From Candidatus Hydrogenedentota bacterium (lineage in GTDB: Bacteria; Hydrogenedentota; Hydrogenedentia; Hydrogenedentales; SLHB01): a stretch of 64,000 bases of DNA. Below, one piece after another: positions 49,779 to 59,363 of the stretch. The notes beneath the pieces were generated by a model. The model was not told the origin of the DNA. It did not search any database and saw only the letters and a list, made by a program, of their open reading frames with translations. Location: NCBI GenBank assembly GCA_016209895.1, contig JACQVH010000157.1, positions 4,206 to 68,205 of the forward strand. The letters are read 5' to 3'. Made by a program: the position numbers and the translations under genes. The first letter of the stretch is position 1; each line of letters opens with the position of its first letter.

Positions 49779-51044
49779 TTAATTCGTCGTTTCCAGCTGA
49801 GGGAGTGTAATACGGAAAAGGGCACCTCCTTCGGGACTGCGTCCAACGTCGATCTTACCGCCGTGTTCCTTCACGATTTTCCGCGTTACGGCGAGACCGA
49901 GCCCTGTACCCTGGGAACCTTTGGTCGAAAAAAACGGCTCAAAAATCTTGTTGAAATTCACTTCCAGGACGCCCGGGCCATTGTCCGACACTTCTAGTTG
50001 CAGCGATCGGTCGGACGTAAAGCACGCCGCTACTCGAATATAGCCGGACGGTTGCGAGACGGCGTCCGCCGCATTCGTAAGTAAGTTCAAGAGGCATCGG
50101 AACAACCCGCGTGAATCCACGAGGACCGGCCCCGTCACGCCGTCCGTGTTCACTTCCAGCGTCAAATTCCGGCGAATCAGGAGACCCCAGAAGGTTTGCG
50201 CGACCTCATCTATCAACATGCGCAAATCGCACGATTCAATAACCGGACGGCGAGGTTTGGAAAAGGCCAGCATGTCCTCCACAAAATGCGCGATTCGCTT
50301 CGTGCTCCGTTTGAAGATAGGCCAGCTCTTCTTGAGGAATTCCAAGTTATCCACCTCCAGACCCTGGTCAATCAGGTCCACACTGCCGCTCATTCCGGTG
50401 ATGATATTCTTGGTATAGTGCGAGAGTCCGGCCACCGCCTCGCCGATGGCGGACAGGCGCTCGGCACGAAGGTTCTCCTCGATCAGCCGCGCGTTTACGA
50501 TGACCGTCGCGACCACGGTCGAAAACATCTCCAACACGCGCATGTCCATTTCGGAGAACGGTCCGCCGTCCGTCTTATTCAGGACTTCGAGCACGCCCAC
50601 GAGCTTATCGCGGTCCACCAGAGGCACGGCCAACAGGCTCCGGGTTTCGAAACGGCTGGTCTCGTCGGCCAGGCGGTAGAAGCGCGTATCCCGGCGCACG
50701 TCCGGTACATTGACCGATTCGCGCGTGACGGCGGCAACCCCGGCGATGCCTTGGTTCAGCTTCAGTCGCACTTCGCGTTTGAGCGCCTGCTGGTCGCCCG
50801 TCTCACCCAGCGCCACCTGAAAGTAAAGTTCTTCCGTGACCGGATCGTAAAGTATCAACGAACACGCCTCTGCCTGGGCCACGTGCTTGCTTTCTTCCAT
50901 GATGCGTTCGAGGAGGGTATCCAAGTCAGTGATAACCGAGATGAGGTGGTGTACCCGGTACAGCGCGTCCACGATCCGCTGCATTTCGCGAGCCGGAATA
51001 TCGGTCAGCCAGGATACACTTTCATCCACTCGGGGTGCCACCAC
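49779..51044 (-). CDS. GAF-domain sensor histidine kinase
   Basis: GAF (NQGIAG..SLLAVPL..VLNK..FSEMD), SHYTKN H-box, NAADA, FSTKGSQGTGLGL. Confidence 0.9.
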   Translation of the reverse strand: MVAPRVDESVSWLTDIPAREMQRIVDALYRVHHLISVITDLDTLLERIMEESKHVAQAEACSLILYDPVTEELYFQVALGETGDQQALKREVRLKLNQGIAGVAAVTRESVNVPDVRRDTRFYRLADETSRFETRSLLAVPLVDRDKLVGVLEVLNKTDGGPFSEMDMRVLEMFSTVVATVIVNARLIEENLRAERLSAIGEAVAGLSHYTKNIITGMSGSVDLIDQGLEVDNLEFLKKSWPIFKRSTKRIAHFVEDMLAFSKPRRPVIESCDLRMLIDEVAQTFWGLLIRRNLTLEVNTDGVTGPVLVDSRGLFRCLLNLLTNAADAVSQPSGYIRVAACFTSDRSLQLEVSDNGPGVLEVNFNKIFEPFFSTKGSQGTGLGLAVTRKIVKEHGGKIDVGRSPEGGALFRITLPQLETTN

Positions 51045-52056
51045 TGCTCCGTCCCGACGCCTCTAGATAGGCGTCAATTCTAGGAAGCGCATGATAAAGC
51101 ACTTCGCCGACGGCCTGCAAACTCTCGGGACATACCCGCTCAATAGTGTCGCGTGCCGTGTGCCAGTTGCGTTGGTGATCGAGGATGCTGCCACCGTAGG
51201 AGAAATCAATAAGATTCAGGGCCGGAATACCGGCCCGGCGAAACGGGATATGGTCGTCTTCGATCCGCTGTCGCATCTTCAGAAAATGCGCGCTGTAGCC
51301 CATCGCCCGCGCCTGATCCCACACCAGCTTCATTAACCATTCCGGCGCGCCTTGGTCTTGTCCGATGCCGAGGTAACAGTCGCCGATCATATCCACGTTG
51401 ATCATGGCATGGACCTCGGACAGCGCTCCCCTCGAGCGCAAGTCGGCGACAAACGAGCGGCTCCCGTACAAGCTGTCGCTTTCGGACCACTGTCCGAACG
51501 CCTCTTCACCATCGAAGAAGCAGAGCCAGACGCTGCGTCCTTCACGTCGAGGGCCGAGCGCGCGCGCCATCTCGATCATCCACGCGGTGGCAGAACCCCC
51601 ATCGTTAGCACCAACGAACTCGATGTCCGGCAGATATTTCGTGTCGTAGTGATTCCCCACAACAATCACGCCTGGGCGCGTCCCTTCGACGATTCCGTAT
51701 AGGTTGACCATCCGCCGTGGCCCAACGGGTGTTCGGGCTTCAAAAACCTGTTCTTTGACCCCCAATCCCGCCCCAGCAAGTTCCTTTCGAATCATACTCC
51801 GGAGTCGCTCCGAAGCCGATGAGCCGGGTGGTCGTGGCCCCAAAGCGACAATAACATTCAGGTCAGCAAATGCGCGGCGGCTGTCAAAGGGCGAAAGTGC
51901 GGTGTGCGTCTTGACCCGCTGCGACACGTCGGGCCGCAATGATCTCTTCAGTACTTGGGCAGCGAAAAACAAGACGACAAAAGCCGCAAACCCCATCAAC
52001 GCTAGGAGTTTCAGCACACGAGTGTTTCCGACTTTCAACCTGACTCCTTCGATCAA
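51022..52056 (-). CDS. M28-family zinc protein, animal-type glutaminyl cyclase-like
   Basis: N-terminal anchor; HYDTK, FVGANDGGS, FFDGEEA, DSLYGSR, DMIG, IEDDHIPF, WHT..D. Start is approximate. Confidence 0.8.
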   Translation of the reverse strand: MIEGVRLKVGNTRVLKLLALMGFAAFVVLFFAAQVLKRSLRPDVSQRVKTHTALSPFDSRRAFADLNVIVALGPRPPGSSASERLRSMIRKELAGAGLGVKEQVFEARTPVGPRRMVNLYGIVEGTRPGVIVVGNHYDTKYLPDIEFVGANDGGSATAWMIEMARALGPRREGRSVWLCFFDGEEAFGQWSESDSLYGSRSFVADLRSRGALSEVHAMINVDMIGDCYLGIGQDQGAPEWLMKLVWDQARAMGYSAHFLKMRQRIEDDHIPFRRAGIPALNLIDFSYGGSILDHQRNWHTARDTIERVCPESLQAVGEVLYHALPRIDAYLEASGRSSGGTPSG

Positions 52057-52349
52057 TGATTACAGTAATTTGTCGAGCAATTCGCGCATGCTTGCGGATG
52101 CGAGTATGACGGAGCTTCGATGCATGCTGCAAGCCGCCATTCTTCTCCAAGGAAGTTCTTCGGGAGGGGCAACCTTGGAACTAAACGAGTTATCTTAGGG
52201 TTTATATACGGCAGATTAGGATTGCGACGATCCTAATAGCGGATAGATTTGTCTGATTGCTCCTAATAAATCGCATATTTCTGAGCAAAACGTAATAAGA
52301 TTAAAAATCGTGTATTTTGAACTTTTCGATGGATTTTCGAGGAGACCGG

Positions 52350-52358
52350 TGTTATAAT
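52350..52358 (+). promoter_or_regulatory. Extended -10 promoter upstream of the PilZ gene
   Basis: TGtTATAAT in an AT-rich divergent intergenic region. Confidence 0.5.
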
Positions 52359-52377
52359 GGTTTCAAGGTAGGAAAAA

Positions 52378-52806
52378 ATGCCGGCCGCGTACACCATAGA
52401 TATGACGTGGGACGACCCTTATGAGCATCGTGAGGACCGCCGCAAAACGCCGCGTGCCGAGTGGAAGCGAAAAATCTCAATTGCGGTGGACAATCCGGCC
52501 GGAAAGGGACGCCTTGTCGGTCCCGGACTGGTAATGAATCTGTCTTCGCATGGTGTTCTCGTCAACACTAAACATCGCCTCCAGCCGCAACAGCCGGTTA
52601 CGGTGGCCATGCCGACGGAACCCGCCCCCAACGATATGTGTCTGCCGGAAGTGTTTGCCGGCCCAGCTACGGTCGTACGTGTAGAAGCCCTTGATGACCG
52701 GCATTTCCGCGTGGCGCTGCGGTTTGGCGAGACCCTCTCCCAGAACATGGAATTCGCCATGTTCGTGGACTTCATGCAGACCGTGGTGAAGGCCCTCGGC
52801 GCCTGA
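52378..52806 (+). CDS. Stand-alone PilZ-domain protein
   Basis: RKTPR (RxxxR) and NLSSHG (NxSxxG) c-di-GMP motifs, VVRV, ALRF. Confidence 0.85.
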   Translation: MPAAYTIDMTWDDPYEHREDRRKTPRAEWKRKISIAVDNPAGKGRLVGPGLVMNLSSHGVLVNTKHRLQPQQPVTVAMPTEPAPNDMCLPEVFAGPATVVRVEALDDRHFRVALRFGETLSQNMEFAMFVDFMQTVVKALGA

Positions 52807-52838
52807 AAACTGTCTAATCCCGCCTCGTAATTTTTCCG

Positions 52839-52960
52839 CTCCGAAACGGTAAGGTTTTTCATGAACAGGTATGCTGTGCGCGGCCGATTTACACCCCGTG
52901 TTGGGCAGACTTTGTGGTCTGCCCAACTGTCTTCTCCGAAACGGTGAGGTTTCTCATGAA
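52839..52960. repeat. Two 27-bp direct repeats bracketing an 11-bp perfect hairpin
   Basis: CTCCGAAACGGT(A/G)AGGTTT(T/C)TCATGAA at 52839-65 and 52934-60 (25/27 identical); GTTGGGCAGAC-tttgtg-GTCTGCCCAAC at 52900-27. Confidence 0.85.
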
Positions 52961-53065
52961 GTAAGATTTACGCCCGGTCGCGTTATGAACCATGAATACC
53001 ACCGAAACATCAATGAATCTTAACTTGAGTGACCGAGGATTTATCTCCCAGAAAGGACTCGAAGT

Positions 53066-54448
53066 ATGTTCTTGACTCTGGTTGTCGGATGGGTTGCGAT
53101 CAGCGCTTCGCCAGTCGTTCCAATCCAAGCGAAAACGTTTGTCTTGCAGACCGGTCTCGATGTGTGGGACATAGCCGTCCAGGACGTCAATGGCGATGGC
53201 AAGAACGACATACTCGCTCTCGGCTGCGATGAGAAAAGTTATCCGCTGAACAAACGGGTATTCCTGTTCTTGGCCGAAACACCTGGCGGATATCCGGAGA
53301 AGCCATCTACGGAGCTGCGACTGGAAACCGAGGCGAGCGTGCTTTTCCTGGCGGAGGTAGACGGCAAACCGCCTAAAGAATTAGTCGCCGCGCATAGTCT
53401 TGGGGCGACCGTATTCGGCCACGAGGACGGGAAATTCACCGCGCTCCGCACCCCGCAGTTTCGCTCGCTGTTTCCCGATAGCGCTAAACAGCCGACGTTC
53501 CTCAAGGACACTGCAATAGACCTGGACGCCGACGGCATCGAGGAGTGGATGATCCCGGTTCCCGGTGGATACGAGATTCGCAAGGCGGACCGGGCGGTAT
53601 GCAACGTCCCGTGCGACGTGGTCAGCCAAATTCGCAGTGGCAGCAGTGTCTCGATCGCTTATCGGCTGCCCGCGTATCAACTGGTGGACCTCGAGGATCA
53701 ATCGCACAAGGCCCTCGCCTTTCTCAGTGATGAGTTCGCGGACTTTGCCTACGGGGAAAACTGGACGCAGCGTTCCCGATTCAAGATTCCGCTAACCCTC
53801 GAAGAGAAATGGGAAGCCACAACCCAAATGAAGGACATCAATGCCGACGGTTGGCCGGACCTGGTGGTCTCGCAGATGCGCGGTACCGCCAATCTTAAAG
53901 TCCTCACGCAGGTGTATCTGGCCAACGGACGGTTCACATATCCTGAAAAGCCCACGGCCACCTTCGAGGCCAATGGCGCGCTGGCCAGTCCCGTCCTCGT
54001 TGACGTCAACAAGGATAAGAAGCTGGATATCCTATTCGTGACCGTGCCGTTTGGCGTCCGGTCCTTGATCAATTTCTTCATCCTGCGCAAGGTCAACGCG
54101 CAGGTGGATGTCTATATGTTCACTGGATCGGGATTCAACACCCAGCCCGATTTTAAGTCGAGCGTTTCCCTCGATGCCCCCGAAGGACGCGAACAAGTCG
54201 CCTACACGCTCGGCGATTTCACCGGCGACGGGCGCATTGATCTCGCTTTCGGAGAAGGTTCGAACAAGCTGGTCGTTCACACCGGCGCAGCCAACCGATT
54301 CATCTCATCGCGCCCCGCCCTCACCCTCGCGCTGCCCGCTTTCGGCATGGCGCGCACGTATGACCTCGACGCCAACGGCCGTGAAGACATCGTGCTCTTC
54401 CATCCCGGCGGCGATAATAAACAACGCGTGGAAGTAATTGCGTTCTAA
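53066..54448 (+). CDS. Secreted FG-GAP/VCBS-repeat protein
   Basis: Signal peptide; repeated DVNGDGKNDI, DINADGWPDL, DFTGDGRIDL, DLDANGREDI. Confidence 0.88.
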   Translation: MFLTLVVGWVAISASPVVPIQAKTFVLQTGLDVWDIAVQDVNGDGKNDILALGCDEKSYPLNKRVFLFLAETPGGYPEKPSTELRLETEASVLFLAEVDGKPPKELVAAHSLGATVFGHEDGKFTALRTPQFRSLFPDSAKQPTFLKDTAIDLDADGIEEWMIPVPGGYEIRKADRAVCNVPCDVVSQIRSGSSVSIAYRLPAYQLVDLEDQSHKALAFLSDEFADFAYGENWTQRSRFKIPLTLEEKWEATTQMKDINADGWPDLVVSQMRGTANLKVLTQVYLANGRFTYPEKPTATFEANGALASPVLVDVNKDKKLDILFVTVPFGVRSLINFFILRKVNAQVDVYMFTGSGFNTQPDFKSSVSLDAPEGREQVAYTLGDFTGDGRIDLAFGEGSNKLVVHTGAANRFISSRPALTLALPAFGMARTYDLDANGREDIVLFHPGGDNKQRVEVIAF

Positions 54449-54543
54449 GACGAGAACGCAACGAAATTTTCGACTTGTCCGCTTCCGGCGGATTTGCGAT
54501 TCTTAATCCTGCTTTGCGTTGTGGTAATCGCGAAAGGTTTGCA

Positions 54544-55422
54544 ATGAATCAAACGGCGGTGGTGGGAGTAGTGGGTCTGGGACTAGTGGGGACAGCAGTC
54601 GCGCGGCGGCTGTTGGGGGCCGGACGTCGCGTTCTTGGCTATGACATTGCCGGCGAGGCCTCGCGAAAAGCTCGTGACTTTGGCGTACAAACGGTGGATC
54701 GCCTATCCGATTTGCCGGGGAAAACAGGATTGTTCATTCTGAGTCTGCCGGCCGCCGACGCGGTCGACGCCGTCCTCTGGGGCAGCGACGGCATCGGGGA
54801 ACGATGCGGTCCCGGAAGCATCATTCTGGACACAACGACCACTCGGGCCGAGGATACGGTGAGACACAATCAGCGGATTGCAAAGCGCGGCGTCCGATTC
54901 GCGGACGTGACGTTGGTCGGTTCCAGCGCCGAGATCGCGGAAGGGCGCGCGGTTGCATTAGTCGGCGACACGGCGGAAGCTGCGAATGCCTACGCGGACC
55001 CAATAAAGACCTTCGCAACTCACTTGTTCTTCTTGGGTGGACCCGGGAAAGGAAACCAAGCGAAACTGTTGGTGAACTTGGTGCTTGGCCTGAATCGGCT
55101 CGTGTTGGCGGAAGCGCTGGCCTTTGCCGAAAAAACTGACATTAAGCCCGGGCAACTCTTGGAGATTCTCAAGGCCAGTGCAGCCTATTCACGCGTAATG
55201 GACTCGAAGGGCGAGAAAATGCTCACCGGCAACTTCGAACCCGTGGCCCGTCTCGCCCAACACGCCAAAGACGTCGGCCTCATACTCGAACTGGCCAAAC
55301 AAGTCGGCGGCAACACCCCGCTCAGCGAACTCCACGCACGGATGCTCCAGGAAGCGATTAAACACGGGTGGGGAGAGTTGGATAACTCCGCTATAATACG
55401 CGCGTTTCAACTGAACGCATGA
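54544..55422 (+). CDS. NAD(P)-dependent 3-hydroxyisobutyrate / beta-hydroxyacid dehydrogenase family
   Basis: GVVGLGLVG, G..AKLLVN, AEALAFAE, KDV, D.SAI. Confidence 0.88.
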   Translation: MNQTAVVGVVGLGLVGTAVARRLLGAGRRVLGYDIAGEASRKARDFGVQTVDRLSDLPGKTGLFILSLPAADAVDAVLWGSDGIGERCGPGSIILDTTTTRAEDTVRHNQRIAKRGVRFADVTLVGSSAEIAEGRAVALVGDTAEAANAYADPIKTFATHLFFLGGPGKGNQAKLLVNLVLGLNRLVLAEALAFAEKTDIKPGQLLEILKASAAYSRVMDSKGEKMLTGNFEPVARLAQHAKDVGLILELAKQVGGNTPLSELHARMLQEAIKHGWGELDNSAIIRAFQLNA

Positions 55423-55429
55423 GAGAAGG

Positions 55430-58400
55430 GTGATTATGCGATGCGCGTTGGCGATCTCAATGACGATAATGTTTGCGCCTCATGTTCACGCGTCGGCCGC
55501 GGGGGACTCTGTGCATCCGCGGCCTGATTGGATGCGGCCCGTGGTAAGTTTGAATGGCCCGTGGCGTTTTGATCTTGATCGTGATGACGTGGGTGTCGGC
55601 CAACAGTGGTTTGCCGGGCATACGTTCACGCGCACGATCAACGTGCCATTTCCCTGGCAGAGCGAGCTGTCCGGGGTTCACGACCTCGCTTACCAAGGCG
55701 CTGCGTGGTACGAGCGCGACGTGACGATTCCGGGCGAGGCGAAGGAGTCACGCGTATTCGTGGTATTCGGCGCAGTGGACTGGCACGCGACAGTCTGGGT
55801 AAACGGTCAGAAAGTGGCCGAGCACGAAGGTGGCTATACGCCGTTCGAAGTCGAACTGACTGGCTTTGCCAAACCCGGCGAGACCGTTCGTCTTACGCTC
55901 CGCGCCTACGATGTGACCGACCCGGAAACGCCCAACGGGAAACAGACGGGTTGGTATACGCCGACGGGCGGAATTTGGCAGACCGTCTATCTGGAGACCC
56001 GCGGGGCGGCGTTCCTGCAAAGCGCGCAAATCTACCCGGATATTGACGGCGAGCGGGCCACCGTCCGCTACTCGATCGATGCCGCCGAGAAGGGAACGTA
56101 CAAGCTACTCGTTTCGGCCCGGGAAGAAGGGACGGGACGCGAATTCCGTGAGGAACGCGCAGTAGGATGTTCACCGGGTATCACCACGGACCAATGCACG
56201 ATCAGCATCCCCGAACCTCGGCTCTGGACCCCGGACACGCCGCGTCTCTACCCGACGCACTTGGAACTGCGGCTGCAGGACAAGGTCGTGGACGCGGTGG
56301 ATACCTACTTCGGCATGCGTAAAATCTCGCGGGGGACTTACGGCGGTAGTACACAAGAGTATCTCCTCCTGAACAACCAGCCCATTTATCTTCGGGGCGC
56401 GCTGCACCAGTCGTTCAATCCGAAAGGCATTTATTCGCATCCGGATGACGATTTCCTGCGCCGCGATTACGAGAAGGCCAAGGAATTCGGCCTGAATTTC
56501 CTCCGTATACACATCAAGGTAGACGAACCCCGGGCGCTCTACTGGGCCGACCGGCTGGGAATCATGTTGATGTGCGACATGCCCAATTTTCAGCATAAGA
56601 CCGACCGCGCCAAGCGCCTCTGGGAGGAAACGCTGCGACGCGCGGTAGCACGTGATTTCAATCACCCCGCCGTTATCGCGTGGTGCAACTTCAACGAGAC
56701 CTGGGGTATCGGCGACGGCGGCTATGATCGCCCGACGCAAGAGTGGGTGCGCGACATGTACCTGCTGGCCAAACAACTCGACCCGACGCGCCTCGTGGAA
56801 GACAATTCGGCTTGCAATTACGACCACACGGTAACGGACATTAACTCGTGGCACTTCTACATGGACGACTACGAGCACGCGCGGCGGCATATCGCGGAGG
56901 TGGTGGACCAGACGTTTCCCGACTCGCAGTTCAACTACGCGCCCGGCTGGAAGCAGACTACTGAGCCGCTGCTCAATTCCGAATACGGCGGCGTCAGCGC
57001 CGGCTCCGGCGATCGCGACATTTCCTGGGTCTTTCTAATTCTGACCAATCTCCTGCGCAAACACGGAAAGATTTGTGGCTATGTCTACACCGAACTCGAG
57101 GATATCGAATGGGAACACAACGGTTTCATGAACTACGACCGCTCCGACAAAGTGTACGACTACCCAGCCGAAATCAAATTGAAGGACCTGCAGCAAGACG
57201 ATTTCCCGGTGTTAGATTGTCCGCCTTACCAGAAAATCGCTGGCGGCGCCAACGCAAGTATCCCAGTCCTGGTCAGCCGCTGGTCGGAACGTCAGAACCT
57301 GGTCTTGCGACTGTCCGTGGATGGCAAGACCGTTGACGGGACAAGCTGGAATTCACTGGTCTCGCCCCAGGAACGAAACGTAGAAGGTTCGGCGTTTGCG
57401 GTTACGTCTCAAGGTACGTTCGACTTGCTCATTCCGAATATGCAGGGTCTGGTGTACGTGATCGCGGAATTGTTGCAGGACGGCAAAAGGTACGCGGCGA
57501 ACTATTGCGTGTTGCACGTCGCTGACGGCATGGCTTGGTCAAAGCCGGACCAGTTTGCCGTCTCCTTCCCCGTGGACAAGTTTTCCGCCTACTCGTTCGG
57601 CGCTGATCGCCATTTCATTCCGGAGCGACCCGGCAAGGTTTTTGGCTACGGTCCCGGATACCTCGAATATCGGCTGCTGCTCCCGGAAGACCTCGACCCC
57701 GAAGCGGTGCTGAGTTGCCGCCTGGTTGCCGAGATTGGCGCGAAAGCCGATCGCGCGCGCGTGGATTGGCCCGAACACATCCATCCTCAAGACTACCCAC
57801 AGACCGACGGGCGCGCTTGGCCCACCGACGTAGGCGTCTCTCTCAATGACGTCGAATTCGCAAAGTTGCACATCGAGAACGACTTTGCCGACGCACGAGG
57901 CGTCTTGTCGCATGTAGCCGGCTACCATCATGGTTCGCACGGCGTGGTTGCGGACTTGCCCCTCGATGGTCTCGCGCTCGAAGAAATCAAGCGCAGTCTG
58001 CAGCAAGACCGCCCAATCGCCGTCCGATTCGGTGTCGCCCCCGGTGATCGCTCCGGAGGACTCGCGCTGTATGGCGCAGAACTCGGCGCTTATCCGGCCG
58101 ACCCGACCTTGGTATTCTCCCTCAGACCCGGAACACCGTTACCGAAACGGCGCGGCGAAACCGTGGACCTGGCCGACGAACGCATCGTGAATTTGATCCA
58201 ACGCGGCCCGCGGGGTCACGTGTGGCGGTATACCGAAGCCGATCCGGGACGGGATTGGTACGGGGTGCAATTCGACGACCGGAATTGGAAGACTGGGCCC
58301 AGCGGATTCGGCCGAGAAGATACTCCCGGCGCGAGGATTGGCACGCCTTGGCTCACGTCCCATATTTGGTTACGCACGACGGTCGAGGCCCCGAGGACCT

Positions 58401-58633
58401 TCGGCGTCGAGCCGGTATGGATGCAGTTGCATCATGACGAAGGCTCGGAAATCTACGTCAACGGCAAGTTGTTGCTGGAATTTGGTGGGTATCTCACCGA
58501 CTATCAGCGAATCGTATTAAAGCCCGAGCAGATAGCGCTGTTTCGCTCCGGTGGGAAAAACGTAATCGCCGTCCACTGTTCCCACACTGGTGGCGGACAG
58601 TTTATAGACTTGAGTCTTTCGACCGTGCAATGA
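55430..58633 (+). CDS. Glycoside hydrolase family 2 (multidomain, secreted)
   Basis: SLNGPWRF, FGAVDW, HEGGYTPF, GIWQTV, RIHIK, NHPAVIAWCNFNETWG, SEYGG. Confidence 0.92.
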   Translation: MIMRCALAISMTIMFAPHVHASAAGDSVHPRPDWMRPVVSLNGPWRFDLDRDDVGVGQQWFAGHTFTRTINVPFPWQSELSGVHDLAYQGAAWYERDVTIPGEAKESRVFVVFGAVDWHATVWVNGQKVAEHEGGYTPFEVELTGFAKPGETVRLTLRAYDVTDPETPNGKQTGWYTPTGGIWQTVYLETRGAAFLQSAQIYPDIDGERATVRYSIDAAEKGTYKLLVSAREEGTGREFREERAVGCSPGITTDQCTISIPEPRLWTPDTPRLYPTHLELRLQDKVVDAVDTYFGMRKISRGTYGGSTQEYLLLNNQPIYLRGALHQSFNPKGIYSHPDDDFLRRDYEKAKEFGLNFLRIHIKVDEPRALYWADRLGIMLMCDMPNFQHKTDRAKRLWEETLRRAVARDFNHPAVIAWCNFNETWGIGDGGYDRPTQEWVRDMYLLAKQLDPTRLVEDNSACNYDHTVTDINSWHFYMDDYEHARRHIAEVVDQTFPDSQFNYAPGWKQTTEPLLNSEYGGVSAGSGDRDISWVFLILTNLLRKHGKICGYVYTELEDIEWEHNGFMNYDRSDKVYDYPAEIKLKDLQQDDFPVLDCPPYQKIAGGANASIPVLVSRWSERQNLVLRLSVDGKTVDGTSWNSLVSPQERNVEGSAFAVTSQGTFDLLIPNMQGLVYVIAELLQDGKRYAANYCVLHVADGMAWSKPDQFAVSFPVDKFSAYSFGADRHFIPERPGKVFGYGPGYLEYRLLLPEDLDPEAVLSCRLVAEIGAKADRARVDWPEHIHPQDYPQTDGRAWPTDVGVSLNDVEFAKLHIENDFADARGVLSHVAGYHHGSHGVVADLPLDGLALEEIKRSLQQDRPIAVRFGVAPGDRSGGLALYGAELGAYPADPTLVFSLRPGTPLPKRRGETVDLADERIVNLIQRGPRGHVWRYTEADPGRDWYGVQFDDRNWKTGPSGFGREDTPGARIGTPWLTSHIWLRTTVEAPRTFGVEPVWMQLHHDEGSEIYVNGKLLLEFGGYLTDYQRIVLKPEQIALFRSGGKNVIAVHCSHTGGGQFIDLSLSTVQ

Positions 58634-59232
58634 CTCCGGTACACCCAGGCATACAAGCCGCGCGACGATTTGCGCGCGAGCACGACTCCGAGCCGGAGCA
58701 CGCGTTCCAGGTTTGTAAGACTAGTCTGCAACTCTTTGACGGTCTCGTTGAACGGCATGGTCTGGGTGCGGCAGAGCGCCGGCTACTGGAGGCCGCCGCC
58801 TTGCTTCATGACACCGGCTACGATGTGGATCCCGTCCGGCACCACAAGATTTCTCGAGACCTGATTGTGGACTCACGACTGGAAGGCTTCACCAAGGAGC
58901 AATTAGCCATCGTGGCCTGCGTGGCGCGATATCATCGCAAGGCTCATCCGGACCAGACGCATCGTGTTTACCGAGACCTGAGCCGACGGGCCCGCAGCGT
59001 TGTGGACCGTTTGGCCGCCATCCTGCGCGTGGGGGACGGCCTGGACCGTTCTCATTCGGCGTGCACGTGCGGAGTGCGCATCGAGCAGAAGGGAACCGCG
59101 CTCCGCCTGTTAGTACAGCAACGGCGTCCGAATCCCATTGACATCGAAGGCGCCCTCCGCAAGCGGCAATGGTTCGAGGAAGTGTTTAAGGTGCGCCTAG
59201 ATATCGTGCCAGTGCCGATGGAACGCGGTTGA
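58630..59232 (+). CDS. Stand-alone HD-domain protein, Ppx/GppA C-terminal type
   Basis: EHAFQV..LFD, AALLHDTGY, HHK, ARYHRK, LRVGDGLDRSH. Confidence 0.85.
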   Translation: MTPVHPGIQAARRFAREHDSEPEHAFQVCKTSLQLFDGLVERHGLGAAERRLLEAAALLHDTGYDVDPVRHHKISRDLIVDSRLEGFTKEQLAIVACVARYHRKAHPDQTHRVYRDLSRRARSVVDRLAAILRVGDGLDRSHSACTCGVRIEQKGTALRLLVQQRRPNPIDIEGALRKRQWFEEVFKVRLDIVPVPMERG

Positions 59233-59363
59233 TGCGGATGAAACGGATTTGCACGGATATTGGTATTTCATGAGAACTCGTAGTCGACGTCTCGTAATCG
59301 CGATTCGTAATCGTAATCGAGGTTCGTACTCGTGCTCGCAATCGGTGACTCGTAATCGTAACG
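59221..59363. repeat. Two adjacent short-period arrays: CGG(A/T)T with 9-10 nt period, then TCGTAATCG-type units
   Basis: CGG(A/T)T at 59226, 59235, 59244, 59254; TCGTAATCG at 59292, 59305, 59311, 59350 plus variants. The second motif is the reverse complement of the 2517-2608 motif. Confidence 0.8.

Noticed and set aside
52839-52960. Possible mini-CRISPR
   Set aside because: Only two repeats, a 68-nt self-complementary spacer, and no cas genes in the window.
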